This document shows positions 41,467-50,032 of a stretch of 64,000 nt of DNA, piece after piece. Positions within the stretch are counted from its first letter, which is position 1. Every line of letters starts with the position of its first letter. A program made the position numbers and the translations under genes. Below the pieces are notes generated by a model. It was not told the origin of the DNA and did no database searches. It worked only from the letters and a program-made list of their open reading frames with translations. The DNA is taken from NCBI GenBank assembly GCA_963705165.1, contig CAVPJD010000020.1, forward strand, positions 12,155-76,154. The letters run 5' to 3'. The stretch comes from an uncultured delta proteobacterium (lineage in GTDB: Bacteria > Desulfobacterota > Syntrophia > Syntrophales > UBA2192).

Positions 41467-42216
41467 ATGACAGAATCGCCGGAAAGCAAAGTTCGCTACA
41501 CTCCCGGTAACCTGGGCGATCTGCTCAAGCATGGCTGGCTCGTGGAGATCGTACGGTTTCTCCACCGGCACAGGGGCGCGGAGCCCCTTCACTATGCCGA
41601 CACCTTCTGCGGCTTCGCGGAATATGACGTCGGCGATGAGGTGGCACAGCGCATCCGCGACCGGTTCCATGTCATGTCATTCCGGAGGCTGCAGGAACCC
41701 TTCCTCGACCGCGGGAAATACGCCGGGAGCGTCACCCTCGCGAGACTTGCCGCGGAGGGAAATCTCAGGGCCTCCATCTTCGACAGCAACCCGGAAGCCC
41801 TGGCAAGCTTTCCCTCCGGTGAGACGGAGATTCTGGAAATCCGCTCGGGCTGTGATATACTGAATTCAGCAGACCCCTACGACCTGATCTTCCTCGACCC
41901 CTACGACGACATCTGGGATGTCTGGGAAACCGTTTTGGCAAAGAGTGCGGCCCGGCACCGCCTCTCGTCGATCCTGATCTTCCTTCCCTTCAAGACGGAG
42001 GCGCAGGGCGATCTCCTGACAGCGGCCGTCGACCGGCTCGGCATCAACTGCCAAAGGGGATTCGTAAAAAACCCGGGCTGTCCCCTCGACGGGACCTGTC
42101 ACTTTGCTGCGATCTTCATCCCGGGGTCTTCGCTGAACATCGGTGCAGTGCTTGGCCTGTTCGGTGAGCTCAATATCGTCACGGCCCGTGTCAACGCCCT
42201 GGCCTCCGATCCCTGA
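41467..42216 (+). CDS. Distant RlmJ-like SAM-dependent methyltransferase
   Basis: GNLGDLLKH, YADTFCG, YAGS and IFLDPY parallel RlmJ motifs GN.ADV.KH, Y.DTHAG, YPGS and IDPPY. Confidence 0.6.
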   Translation: MTESPESKVRYTPGNLGDLLKHGWLVEIVRFLHRHRGAEPLHYADTFCGFAEYDVGDEVAQRIRDRFHVMSFRRLQEPFLDRGKYAGSVTLARLAAEGNLRASIFDSNPEALASFPSGETEILEIRSGCDILNSADPYDLIFLDPYDDIWDVWETVLAKSAARHRLSSILIFLPFKTEAQGDLLTAAVDRLGINCQRGFVKNPGCPLDGTCHFAAIFIPGSSLNIGAVLGLFGELNIVTARVNALASDP

Positions 42217-42286
42217 CCGGGGCACGGTACCTGCAAAGACGTCAGTAGATGCCCGCCATTGCGCGGGTGTTGACCCGGAGGAACGG

Positions 42287-43642
42287 ATGAAGGAATACGA
42301 GGTCATCATCGTCGGCGGCGGCCCCGCCGGTATCTTTGCGGCCTTAACGCTGGCCGGGGGCGGAGCCAAAGACGTCCTGCTGCTCGAGCAGGGCAAGGGC
42401 ATCGGGGAGCGAAGCCGACAGTGCGCAGGCGACATGCTTTGCGGCTGGGGCGGCGCCGGGGCCTACAGTGACGGCAAGCTGACCCTCTCCACGGAGGTGG
42501 GCGGACACCTGGGGGAATTCCTCGACGACAAGTCCCTCTACGAACTGCTCCTGGAAGCCGACAGGACCTACGTGGAGCACGGTGCGCCGGATCGGCTCTT
42601 CGGTGACACCTCCCCGGCAGTCGAGGAGTTGGGCGAGAAGGCGCGCCTTGCGGGCCTGGAGTTCATCCCGTCGCGGATCCGCCACATCGGCACGGAGAAT
42701 TGTCTCGATGTGCTGGGCCGGATGTACGAATCGCTCGCCGGGAAGATCGAGATCTGCGCGGACTGCCGGGTCCAGTCGCTGCTGGCCCAGGAAGGGAAGA
42801 TCATCGGGGTGAAGCTCGCCGACGGCGAGACCCGCTACGGACGTCACGTGATCGTAGCGCCGGGCCGCTCGGGCGCCTCCTGGATGAAGGTCGAGGCAAA
42901 GAACCTCGGGCTCCGGACACAGTCGAGCGCCGTCGACATCGGCGTCCGTGTCGAACTGCCCGCGACGGTCCTCAAGCCGCTCACCGACGTGAGCTACGAG
43001 TCCAAGCTCGTTTACTACTCGAAGAGCTTCGACGACCGCGTCCGGACCTTTTGCATGAATCCCTTCGGCGAGGTGGTGGCGGAGAGCAACGACGGGCTCG
43101 TCACCGTGAACGGCCACAGCTACGCATCGAAGAAATCCGACAACACCAATTTCGCGATCCTGGTGAGCAGCTCCTTCACGGAGCCTTTCGACGACCCCAT
43201 CGCTTATGGACGCTACATCGCGCAGCTCGCAAATCTCCTGGGCCAGGGGGTCATCGTCCAGCGGCTCGGCGATCTTCTGCAGGGGCGGCGCTCCACAAAA
43301 GAGCGCATCGCCAAGTGCCTCACCCGGCCCACTCTCGCCGACGCCACCCCGGGGGACCTGAGCTTCGTCTTCCCCTACCGGCACCTCAAGAACATCATCG
43401 AGATGCTCCAGGTCATGGACACCCTGGCGCCGGGTGTCAACTCCCGCCACACCCTGCTCTACGGCGTGGAGGTCAAGTTCTACTCGAACCGCATCGAGGT
43501 GTCGAACGAGCTCGAGACGAAAATTGCAAACCTCTTCGCCATAGGCGACGGGGCCGGGATCACCCGCGGGCTCCTCCAGTCCTCGGCAAGCGGGATCCTC
43601 GCCGCAAGGGCAATTGCGGATCGCCTCGGCCACAGTTCATAA
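42287..43642 (+). CDS. FAD-dependent oxidoreductase (COG2509-type)
   Basis: Motifs GGGPAG, GGAGAYSDGKL, RHIGT, VRTFCMNP, VNGHS and GDGAGITRG. Confidence 0.9.
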   Translation: MKEYEVIIVGGGPAGIFAALTLAGGGAKDVLLLEQGKGIGERSRQCAGDMLCGWGGAGAYSDGKLTLSTEVGGHLGEFLDDKSLYELLLEADRTYVEHGAPDRLFGDTSPAVEELGEKARLAGLEFIPSRIRHIGTENCLDVLGRMYESLAGKIEICADCRVQSLLAQEGKIIGVKLADGETRYGRHVIVAPGRSGASWMKVEAKNLGLRTQSSAVDIGVRVELPATVLKPLTDVSYESKLVYYSKSFDDRVRTFCMNPFGEVVAESNDGLVTVNGHSYASKKSDNTNFAILVSSSFTEPFDDPIAYGRYIAQLANLLGQGVIVQRLGDLLQGRRSTKERIAKCLTRPTLADATPGDLSFVFPYRHLKNIIEMLQVMDTLAPGVNSRHTLLYGVEVKFYSNRIEVSNELETKIANLFAIGDGAGITRGLLQSSASGILAARAIADRLGHSS

Positions 43643-43702
43643 CACGGGGAGCGACAGGCAATCTTTAACGGTTCCCCATCAGGCCGATCGGGGAGGGTCA
43701 TC

Positions 43703-44014
43703 GTGCTGCTGAAAACGTTGGGCATCCTTCTTGCGGTTTCGGCCCTCGGAAGCCTCTATCTGGTCTACCTGGCCCTCAAGTCGGGCGATGTCAACGGTGC
43801 ATTGCTCTTCTTCGGCTTCGTCCTGCTTCTCGGTCTTCCCGCTTTCGCCTGCCTCCGGCGATGGAATACGGGTTGCGCAATCGACGCCGAAGTGGAAAAT
43901 GCCGAGCCGTCGGTCCCGGTCCGGTTTGTCCCGCACCGGTTCATGATGGCCGCACTGATCCTCACAGCCCTGGCCGTCCTGGCGGCCCTCGTGATTCCCC
44001 TCGTTTTACGCTAG
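43703..44014 (+). CDS. Small integral membrane protein
   Basis: Three hydrophobic segments; GGAGG SD before the GTG start. Confidence 0.65.
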   Translation: MLLKTLGILLAVSALGSLYLVYLALKSGDVNGALLFFGFVLLLGLPAFACLRRWNTGCAIDAEVENAEPSVPVRFVPHRFMMAALILTALAVLAALVIPLVLR

Positions 44015-44180
44015 GCAGCCCTGTTCGACCACAGATCGGCACCGGGCCCACCGAAGATGGTCCTTGACGACCCCGATGCCGCTTCCGTTCAGTTTTTTTC
44101 TTTCTTTTCAACGGCGTCTTCGGTATGCTTTTCAACAATTGCTGCAAAGGACGAACAACATCATCCGAGGAGGGGGGAAG

Positions 44181-44648
44181 ATGAAAAAAATCGGGTTGGC
44201 GCTTGGGTTGGTTGTGGCATTTTGCCTGGTAATCTCATCGGCTCACGCGGCAGGTCCGGACGACCTCGTCGGGAAATGGCTGAACGGCAAACAGACGGCC
44301 CACGTGGAGATCTACAAGGCCGAAGGGAAGTACTTCGGGAAGATCATCTGGCTGAAGGAGCCCGTTTACCCCGCCGATGACAAGAAAGGCATGGCGGGAA
44401 AGCAGAAGGTGGACCGTGAAAACTCGGATGCTGCGAAGCGCAATCAGCCCGTCCTGGGCCTGGCCATCCTCCGGGATTTCGTTTTCGTGAAGGACGGCCT
44501 CTGGGAAAACGGGATGATCTATGACCCGGAAAACGGCAAGGACTACAAGTGCAAGATGACCCTGGAATCACCGGACGTGCTCAATGTCCGCGGGTTTATC
44601 GGCATCTCCCTTCTCGGGCGGACGGATACGTGGACAAGGGTCAAATAA
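44181..44648 (+). CDS. DUF2147 domain exported protein
   Basis: Signal peptide; motifs GKW, GKIIWL, IYDPENGKDY and RGFIGISLLGRT.TWTR. Confidence 0.92.
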   Translation: MKKIGLALGLVVAFCLVISSAHAAGPDDLVGKWLNGKQTAHVEIYKAEGKYFGKIIWLKEPVYPADDKKGMAGKQKVDRENSDAAKRNQPVLGLAILRDFVFVKDGLWENGMIYDPENGKDYKCKMTLESPDVLNVRGFIGISLLGRTDTWTRVK

Positions 44649-44700
44649 AACAGGGTATCGGGTTAAGGGGACAGGGTCCCGGGAAAGAATAAAGACAAAA

Positions 44701-44755
44701 GAAAATTCCCCTTACATCCCCCTTTCATAAAGGGGGAAAAGAGGGGGATTTTTTT
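44701..44755. repeat. REP-like palindromic element, copy 2 (inverted)
   Basis: Reverse complement is nearly identical to 21670-21723. Confidence 0.85.
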
Positions 44756-44773
44756 GCCTGTACTCTAAATTCT

Positions 44774-44813
44774 CGCGAGGTGTGCGCGCCGATTATTCTT
44801 CATCAGGCTGGTC
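44774..44813 (+). repeat. Left copy of an imperfect direct repeat (right copy at 45455-45491)
   Basis: CGCGAGGTGTGCGCGCCGATTATTCTTCATCAGGCTGGTC versus CGCGCGGTATGCGTGCCGGTTCTTCTTCAGGCTGGTC. Confidence 0.7.
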
Positions 44814-45039
44814 GGAAGTGTTGCAGATGTCATCGTTTCCGGTCTGCTTTCCTTCGCAGTCAGCATGGAAAACCCTTAATTCACTTTTCAAATGGTCATC
44901 GATTAGCCATCCTTGCCCTTTCGATAATGAATATCCCCGTTTTGGCACGCGCCGGACAATGGCGACACCGCCCGGCAGGCGGCCATCAACTGTTTAGCTG
45001 TCTGATATCAATAGTGTTTTTCATGACGATCTCGTGTTC

Positions 45040-45055
45040 TGGCACGCTAGCTGCA
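45040..45055 (+). promoter_or_regulatory. Sigma54 (-24/-12) promoter
   Basis: TGGCACG-CTAG-CTGCA, one mismatch to TGGCACG-N4-TTGC; 36 nt upstream of an ORF. Confidence 0.7.
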
Positions 45056-45091
45056 AATGGGAATCGCGACGAAAACAAAGGGGACCATGTC

Positions 45092-45313
45092 ATGAAACAG
45101 CTCACAGGCAGCAAAGATTTTGGATTGGACGAGTGTGTCGTTGCGATATTCCTTATCTGCATTGTTCTTACCGGAATGGTTATGAATATCTGTGTGAGCA
45201 TGGCGGATTTCATGAGGAGTTGGAAACTACGAGCGACAGGCCGAGCCGATGACGGCAGATGGGCTATGATTGCTCAACAGGAACCATTTCCGACACGAGC
45301 GTCTCGGGACTGA
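45092..45313 (+). CDS. 73-aa single-TM small protein with prepilin-like N-terminus
   Basis: AAGGGG SD; KDFGLDE followed by a hydrophobic helix; promoter upstream and terminator downstream. Confidence 0.55.
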   Translation: MKQLTGSKDFGLDECVVAIFLICIVLTGMVMNICVSMADFMRSWKLRATGRADDGRWAMIAQQEPFPTRASRD

Positions 45314-45376
45314 ATTACACGATCAAGGTCACCTTCAGGGTCAACACCGCAGGACAGGTTCTATTCCATTAAGTAA

Positions 45377-45412
45377 AAAGGATCGGGAGCGCCCTGCTCA
45401 CCGATCCTTTTC
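45377..45412 (+). terminator. Intrinsic terminator
   Basis: AAAGGATCGG..CCGATCCTTTT followed by T-rich sequence. Confidence 0.7.
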
Positions 45413-45666
45413 TTCTTTTTTAATCCCGATACCGAAGACTGAATCCCGAATCCCCGCGCGGTATGCGTGCCGGTTCTTCTTCAGGCTGGTCAAAAAGGGC
45501 CAGATGCTAGGCGTCCGACGTGCTCAGGGTTCAGGGGGACAGGGTAGAGGGAAAAGCTCAGGACAAAAAACAAAACAGGAACAACACTTGAAAACCCCCT
45601 TTTATCCTTCAAAAAGGAAGATTGGGGGTTTCTTAATTCACGCAACCCGCGCCCCTGCGCGAAGCG

Positions 45667-46317
45667 CTAGTCCGAGACGACTTCGGGCCGCATCGACACG
45701 ATCGCCGTCCTGCCTTCCTTTGGCTCGCTGCCATACTGCTTGTACAGGGCCATGACGCGCTTCACGTACCCTTTCGTTTCAGCGTAGGGCGGGATGCCGC
45801 CGTATTTGGCCACGGCCTTCTCGCCGGCATTGTAGGCCGCAAGGGCCAACGGCAGGTGGCCGTTGTAGACGTTCATGAGATAGCGCAGGTACTTGACGCC
45901 GCCCTCGATGTTGGACTCGGGCTCGAAGCTGTCCTTCACCTGCAGGGTCGAGGCGGTCTTCGGCATGAGCTGCATGAGGCCCTGGGCGCCCTTGGGCGAG
46001 ACGGCCTTGTGATTGAAGTTGGACTCGGCCTTGATGACGGCCTTGACGAGGGAGTAATCGACCTTGTACTTGTCCGAGGCCTTCTGGATCAAGGGCCCGT
46101 ATTTCGTCATGTCGATGCCGGCCTTGATGATCACCCGCCGCTCCTTGATCCAGAGCTTGTAATCGGGGCTGGTGGGCAGGTTGGTGATGTGCATGACCCC
46201 GTTCTCGTCCGTGTAGCGGTAGATGTCGGCATGGGCCGGCACAGCCGGAAACAGGACGCCAAGCGTCAACATCCCGAGCAACAGGGCAACCAAAAGGGGT
46301 CTTGCAAAGGGGTTCAT
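45667..46317 (-). CDS. Lytic transglycosylase (SLT) with N-terminal DUF4124-like domain
   Basis: Motifs IYRYTDENG, AES, GLMQLMP, AAYNAG and IPPYAET..YV. Confidence 0.93.
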   Translation of the reverse strand: MNPFARPLLVALLLGMLTLGVLFPAVPAHADIYRYTDENGVMHITNLPTSPDYKLWIKERRVIIKAGIDMTKYGPLIQKASDKYKVDYSLVKAVIKAESNFNHKAVSPKGAQGLMQLMPKTASTLQVKDSFEPESNIEGGVKYLRYLMNVYNGHLPLALAAYNAGEKAVAKYGGIPPYAETKGYVKRVMALYKQYGSEPKEGRTAIVSMRPEVVSD

Positions 46318-46678
46318 GTAGGGCACCGACGGAGAAACGAATTGCACACAGGTGATTCTTCTATCAAAATTATGGGTTTGGAGAAAGTGGAATCTTTCCC
46401 GGCCCTTCACGCCTTAAATGAGATTCAAGAACCATACCACCTCTATTGCCTATCGGCATCGCTGGCCATAACCTGAGCCTCAGCCGCGGGATCCGATGGA
46501 CCGTCCAGGGGTCACCTGGAGAAATATTGGCCCTTCTTGCCGGGCAGGCTGCCCCTGTCTTGACGGTTGTCGAAAAAATCCCTAACGATATTGAACAAGT
46601 TACCGATAATTAACTTCAGGGGCCGGTCGCTGTCCTTTGGAAAGCAGCCCGTCAACAGGCGACCCAAAAGGAGCGGAG

Positions 46679-46909
46679 ATGAGCGAAAGAATCCATGTAA
46701 TTTTTTCGAGCACGAACAAAAACTTTCTCTACAACTGCGAGATCCCGATTTCCATGCTGCCGAGAATCGGCGAGCGAATCCGGCTGAGCATCCCGGGCCA
46801 CTCGGATATCCGCTGCTACGTGGAAGACATGGAATGGCAGTATGCCGAGCTGGAAAAGGCAATCGATATCTCGATCGTTGCACGGATCAAGATGCTGCAG
46901 GAAGACTAA
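46679..46909 (+). CDS. 76-aa hypothetical protein
   Basis: AAGGAG SD; LPRIGE motif. Confidence 0.65.
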   Translation: MSERIHVIFSSTNKNFLYNCEIPISMLPRIGERIRLSIPGHSDIRCYVEDMEWQYAELEKAIDISIVARIKMLQED

Positions 46910-46913
46910 AAAA

Positions 46914-46991
46914 GTGTTCAGTGGCTAGTGGTCAGTGGCCAGTGAAAATACCGGAGATGATAAAAGACTGACCATTGAACACTGATCACTG
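46914..46991. repeat. Inverted heptamer repeat arms (CAGTGGY / CACTGAY)
   Basis: GTTCAGTGGCTAGTGGTCAGTGGCCAGTG versus CTGACCATTGAACACTGATCACTG, between convergent genes. Confidence 0.7.
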
Positions 46992-47006
46992 CGGCCTCAT
47001 TGCCGC

Positions 47007-47210
47007 CTACAAACGCCGCGCGATCATCTGCAGCAACATTCCCGCAATGAGCAAAAAGACGTACACTTGGCCGAGCAGCAGGATCTGCTGTGTCGATATG
47101 ATCTCCGCCATCCCCAGGGCAATCACAACCGCAAAGAAGGCAAGCCCCCCCACGATCAGCCAGTAGGCGAATTTCGCATTTTTCAGCCATTCACGCCAGG
47201 GTGTTTCCAT
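47007..47210 (-). CDS. 67-aa two-TM membrane protein
   Basis: Two hydrophobic helices; fills the gap between flanking genes. Confidence 0.6.
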   Translation of the reverse strand: METPWREWLKNAKFAYWLIVGGLAFFAVVIALGMAEIISTQQILLLGQVYVFLLIAGMLLQMIARRL

Positions 47211-47285
47211 CGTATTCCCATTCTCAGGATCGTTTGCGAGTTGACAGGCCGTCTGTTTTCACATAGAAAAAGCGCAGGGGATACC

Positions 47286-47744
47286 ATGCATCGACGGGAC
47301 GTAACAATCATTCTCTTCTTATGCATGCTGCTGCTTGCGGGGTGCACCGGTCTTTTTTTTGACGAGCCCACCATCACCCTGAAAGAAATACACGTCCGCC
47401 AGCTCTCCCTAACCGATGCGTCCCTTGTCTTCGTTGCCGAGATCCAGAACCCCAACAGCTATGAGCTGCGACTGAAGTCGCTCGACTACACCGTTCACCT
47501 GGACGGCCGCGAGACGGGCAGCGGCTCGCTGCAGAAGGAGATTTCCGTTCCCGCCTCCTCGTCGGCCCCCGTGGAGATACCTGTTACAGCCCGCTTCGGC
47601 AGCCTGGGTGCCGTCGCCAAAATGTACATCTCCGGCCAGGAGCTTCCCTACCGGATCGAAGGCAAGGCCCTCGTGAAGGCCGGCCTCTTCGACCGCACCT
47701 TCCCCTTCTCCCGCACCGGCACCCTCTCCACGAAAAAAGGATAG
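47286..47744 (+). CDS. LEA type 2 (WHy domain) lipoprotein
   Basis: Lipobox LAGC; NPNSY motif; TTGACA - 17 bp - TAGAAA at 47241. Confidence 0.88.
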   Translation: MHRRDVTIILFLCMLLLAGCTGLFFDEPTITLKEIHVRQLSLTDASLVFVAEIQNPNSYELRLKSLDYTVHLDGRETGSGSLQKEISVPASSSAPVEIPVTARFGSLGAVAKMYISGQELPYRIEGKALVKAGLFDRTFPFSRTGTLSTKKG

Positions 47745-47790
47745 CCCCTCTTTGTTCTTCCCCTATACCCTGTACCCTGTACCCTTGACC

Positions 47791-49173
47791 CTATATTTCA
47801 TAGCTCTCCCCCAGCGATGGGACTTTCGTCACAAAACCCAACTTCTCCTTCACCTGCTTTTCGAACTCGAGGGCGCTCGCTTCCTCGCCGTGGACGATGA
47901 AGACCTCGGGCTTGTTCTTAAAGAGGCCCAGCCACTCCAACAGCTCCTTCTGGTCGGCGTGAGCCGAGAAGCCGCCGATCGTGTAGATGCGGGACCGGAC
48001 GGCGACCTTGTCGCCGAGGATGTAAACTTCCTTCGTCCCGTCGACGATGACCCGCCCCAGAGTCCCTTTGGCCTGGAACCCCACGAAGACGACACTGCAC
48101 TCCGGGCGCCAAAGGTTGTGCTTGAGGTGGTGGCGGATGCGCCCGCCGTCACACATGCCGCTCCCGGCCAGTACAATGACACCTGAGGTGATCCGGTTGA
48201 GCTTCATGGATTCCTGGACGGAGGAGGTGAAGTGGACGCGGACGGCTTTGCCCTTCTTTTTCCCGAAGAGGCGCTTCGCATCCTCGTCGAAAAGCTCGGG
48301 ATGGGAAAAATAGACCTTTGTGACCTCGTCGGCCAGCGGGCTGTCCACGTAGATATCCAGAGGTGAGGCCAGCCGCCCCTCGCGGACAAGCTTGTTGAAA
48401 ATGTAGAGGAGGTCCTGCGTGCGCCCCACGGCAAAGGAGGGGATGTATACGTTTCCGCCCCGCTTGAAGGTAGACTCGACGGCCCCGGCAAGCTCCTCCA
48501 GGCTGTCTTCCTTCCCCTTGTGGAGGCGGTTTCCGTAAGTGGATTCCACGACGACATAGTCGGCCTCGGCTGCGTGCTGGGGGTCCTGGACGATGGGGTT
48601 GCCCTTCTTCCCGATATCGCCCGAGAAGACGATTTTCTTCTCGGGGTTATTCCGGTACCAGAGCTCCAGGGTCCCCGACCCGAGGATGTGCCCGGCATCG
48701 CAGAAGCGGTATCGGATCACACTGTCCAGGGCATAGGTTTCCCCGTACTGTTTCTTCTCGAAGAAGGCGATGGAGGCCATGGCATCCTCGACGGTGTAGA
48801 GGGGCTCGACGACCTTATCGCTTCCGGCGCGCCGGGCCTTCTTCGTCATCCACGCGGCATCCATCTCCTGGATGTGGGCCGAGTCGGCCAGCATGACCCG
48901 GACCAGCTCCGCCGTGGCGGCCGTCGTGATGATCTTCCCCTTGAAGCCCTCGCGGACCAGGCGCGGCACGAGCCCCGTGTGGTCGATGTGGGCGTGGGTC
49001 AAAAAGACGCAGTCAATCTCCCTGGGGTTGAAGCCGAAGGGCTTGCGGTTGAGTTCGTCGGAATCGTGACCCTGGTGCATCCCGCAGTCCACGAGGAACT
49101 GCAGGCCGTTTACGGAGAGCTGGTAGCAGGATCCCGTTACTTTTCGCGCCGCGCCGAGGAAGGTGATCTTCAT
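47791..49173 (-). CDS. MBL-fold beta-CASP ribonuclease (YSH1-like)
   Basis: Motifs VDCG, THAHIDH, AGHILGS, ESTYG and FSAHAD. Confidence 0.94.
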   Translation of the reverse strand: MKITFLGAARKVTGSCYQLSVNGLQFLVDCGMHQGHDSDELNRKPFGFNPREIDCVFLTHAHIDHTGLVPRLVREGFKGKIITTAATAELVRVMLADSAHIQEMDAAWMTKKARRAGSDKVVEPLYTVEDAMASIAFFEKKQYGETYALDSVIRYRFCDAGHILGSGTLELWYRNNPEKKIVFSGDIGKKGNPIVQDPQHAAEADYVVVESTYGNRLHKGKEDSLEELAGAVESTFKRGGNVYIPSFAVGRTQDLLYIFNKLVREGRLASPLDIYVDSPLADEVTKVYFSHPELFDEDAKRLFGKKKGKAVRVHFTSSVQESMKLNRITSGVIVLAGSGMCDGGRIRHHLKHNLWRPECSVVFVGFQAKGTLGRVIVDGTKEVYILGDKVAVRSRIYTIGGFSAHADQKELLEWLGLFKNKPEVFIVHGEEASALEFEKQVKEKLGFVTKVPSLGESYEI

Positions 49174-49300
49174 AATAAGGAAGCCTCGCAGTCGTTTGAA
49201 TGGTGAATGGGAGATGCAAACTGGACAGACCGCAACAAATGATTCATATAACAGTTGCTGCGGGCATGCAACTGAATTGACCCCGCGGGGAAGGATATGG

Positions 49301-49915
49301 ATGAGCAACCACGCATTGGAAACAAAGGCGCGGTGGGACCGCCTGGCGAAACACTATGGCCTCGTCGAATTCCTCTCGGAGTGGTACCTGAAGCCGTTTC
49401 GAAAGGCCTTGTGGGCCCGCGCCGAAGGACGCATCCTCGAAGCGGGCGCCGGGACGGGGCTCAACATCGCCTTCTACCCGGCCGAGGCCCGGGTCACGGC
49501 GACGGATCTTTCCGGGGCGATGCTCGTCAGGGCCCGGGAGCGCGCCGGCGAGAGGCAGATCCACGTCACATTCCATGAGGCGGATCTCTGCAACCTCCCC
49601 TTCGCGGACGGCACCTTCGACACGGCCGTGGCGACCTTCGTCTTCTGCTCCCTGCCGGACCCGGTTGCGTGCCTGCGGGAGATGGGCCGTGTGACCAGGC
49701 CCGGCGGGCAGATCCTTCTTCTTGATCACGTCAGGATCGAGCGCCCGCTGATCGGCCCTCTCATGGACCGGCTCAACGCTGCGACGGTCCGCCTCGCCGG
49801 GGAGTACATCAATCACCGGATGGATGAATTCGTGCGTTCGGCAGGCTTTGAGATCGTCGAAAGCCGAAGGCTCGGCTTCATGGGGATCATCCAGCTTATT
49901 GCGGCGCGCGCGTGA
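49301..49915 (+). CDS. Class I SAM-dependent methyltransferase
   Basis: Motifs LEAGAGTG, DLS, LPFADGTFD and RPGG. Confidence 0.9.
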   Translation: MSNHALETKARWDRLAKHYGLVEFLSEWYLKPFRKALWARAEGRILEAGAGTGLNIAFYPAEARVTATDLSGAMLVRARERAGERQIHVTFHEADLCNLPFADGTFDTAVATFVFCSLPDPVACLREMGRVTRPGGQILLLDHVRIERPLIGPLMDRLNAATVRLAGEYINHRMDEFVRSAGFEIVESRRLGFMGIIQLIAARA

Positions 49916-49946
49916 GCGTTACACGTTCGTCACGGAGGCTTTGTCC

Positions 49947-49975
49947 TTGACAGTCCGGTACCGCTTCCCTAGAGT
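49947..49975 (+). promoter_or_regulatory. Putative sigma70 promoter for PEP carboxykinase
   Basis: TTGACA - 17 bp - TAGAGT. Confidence 0.55.
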
Positions 49976-50032
49976 TGATATCAACACAATATTTCGCCGC
50001 ACAACGAGCGGACATCCGAAAGGGACAGGCGC

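Noticed and set aside
24197..43642. Selenocysteine read-through in redox genes
   Set aside because: No in-frame TGA interrupts a recognisable domain; the genes end at expected lengths.
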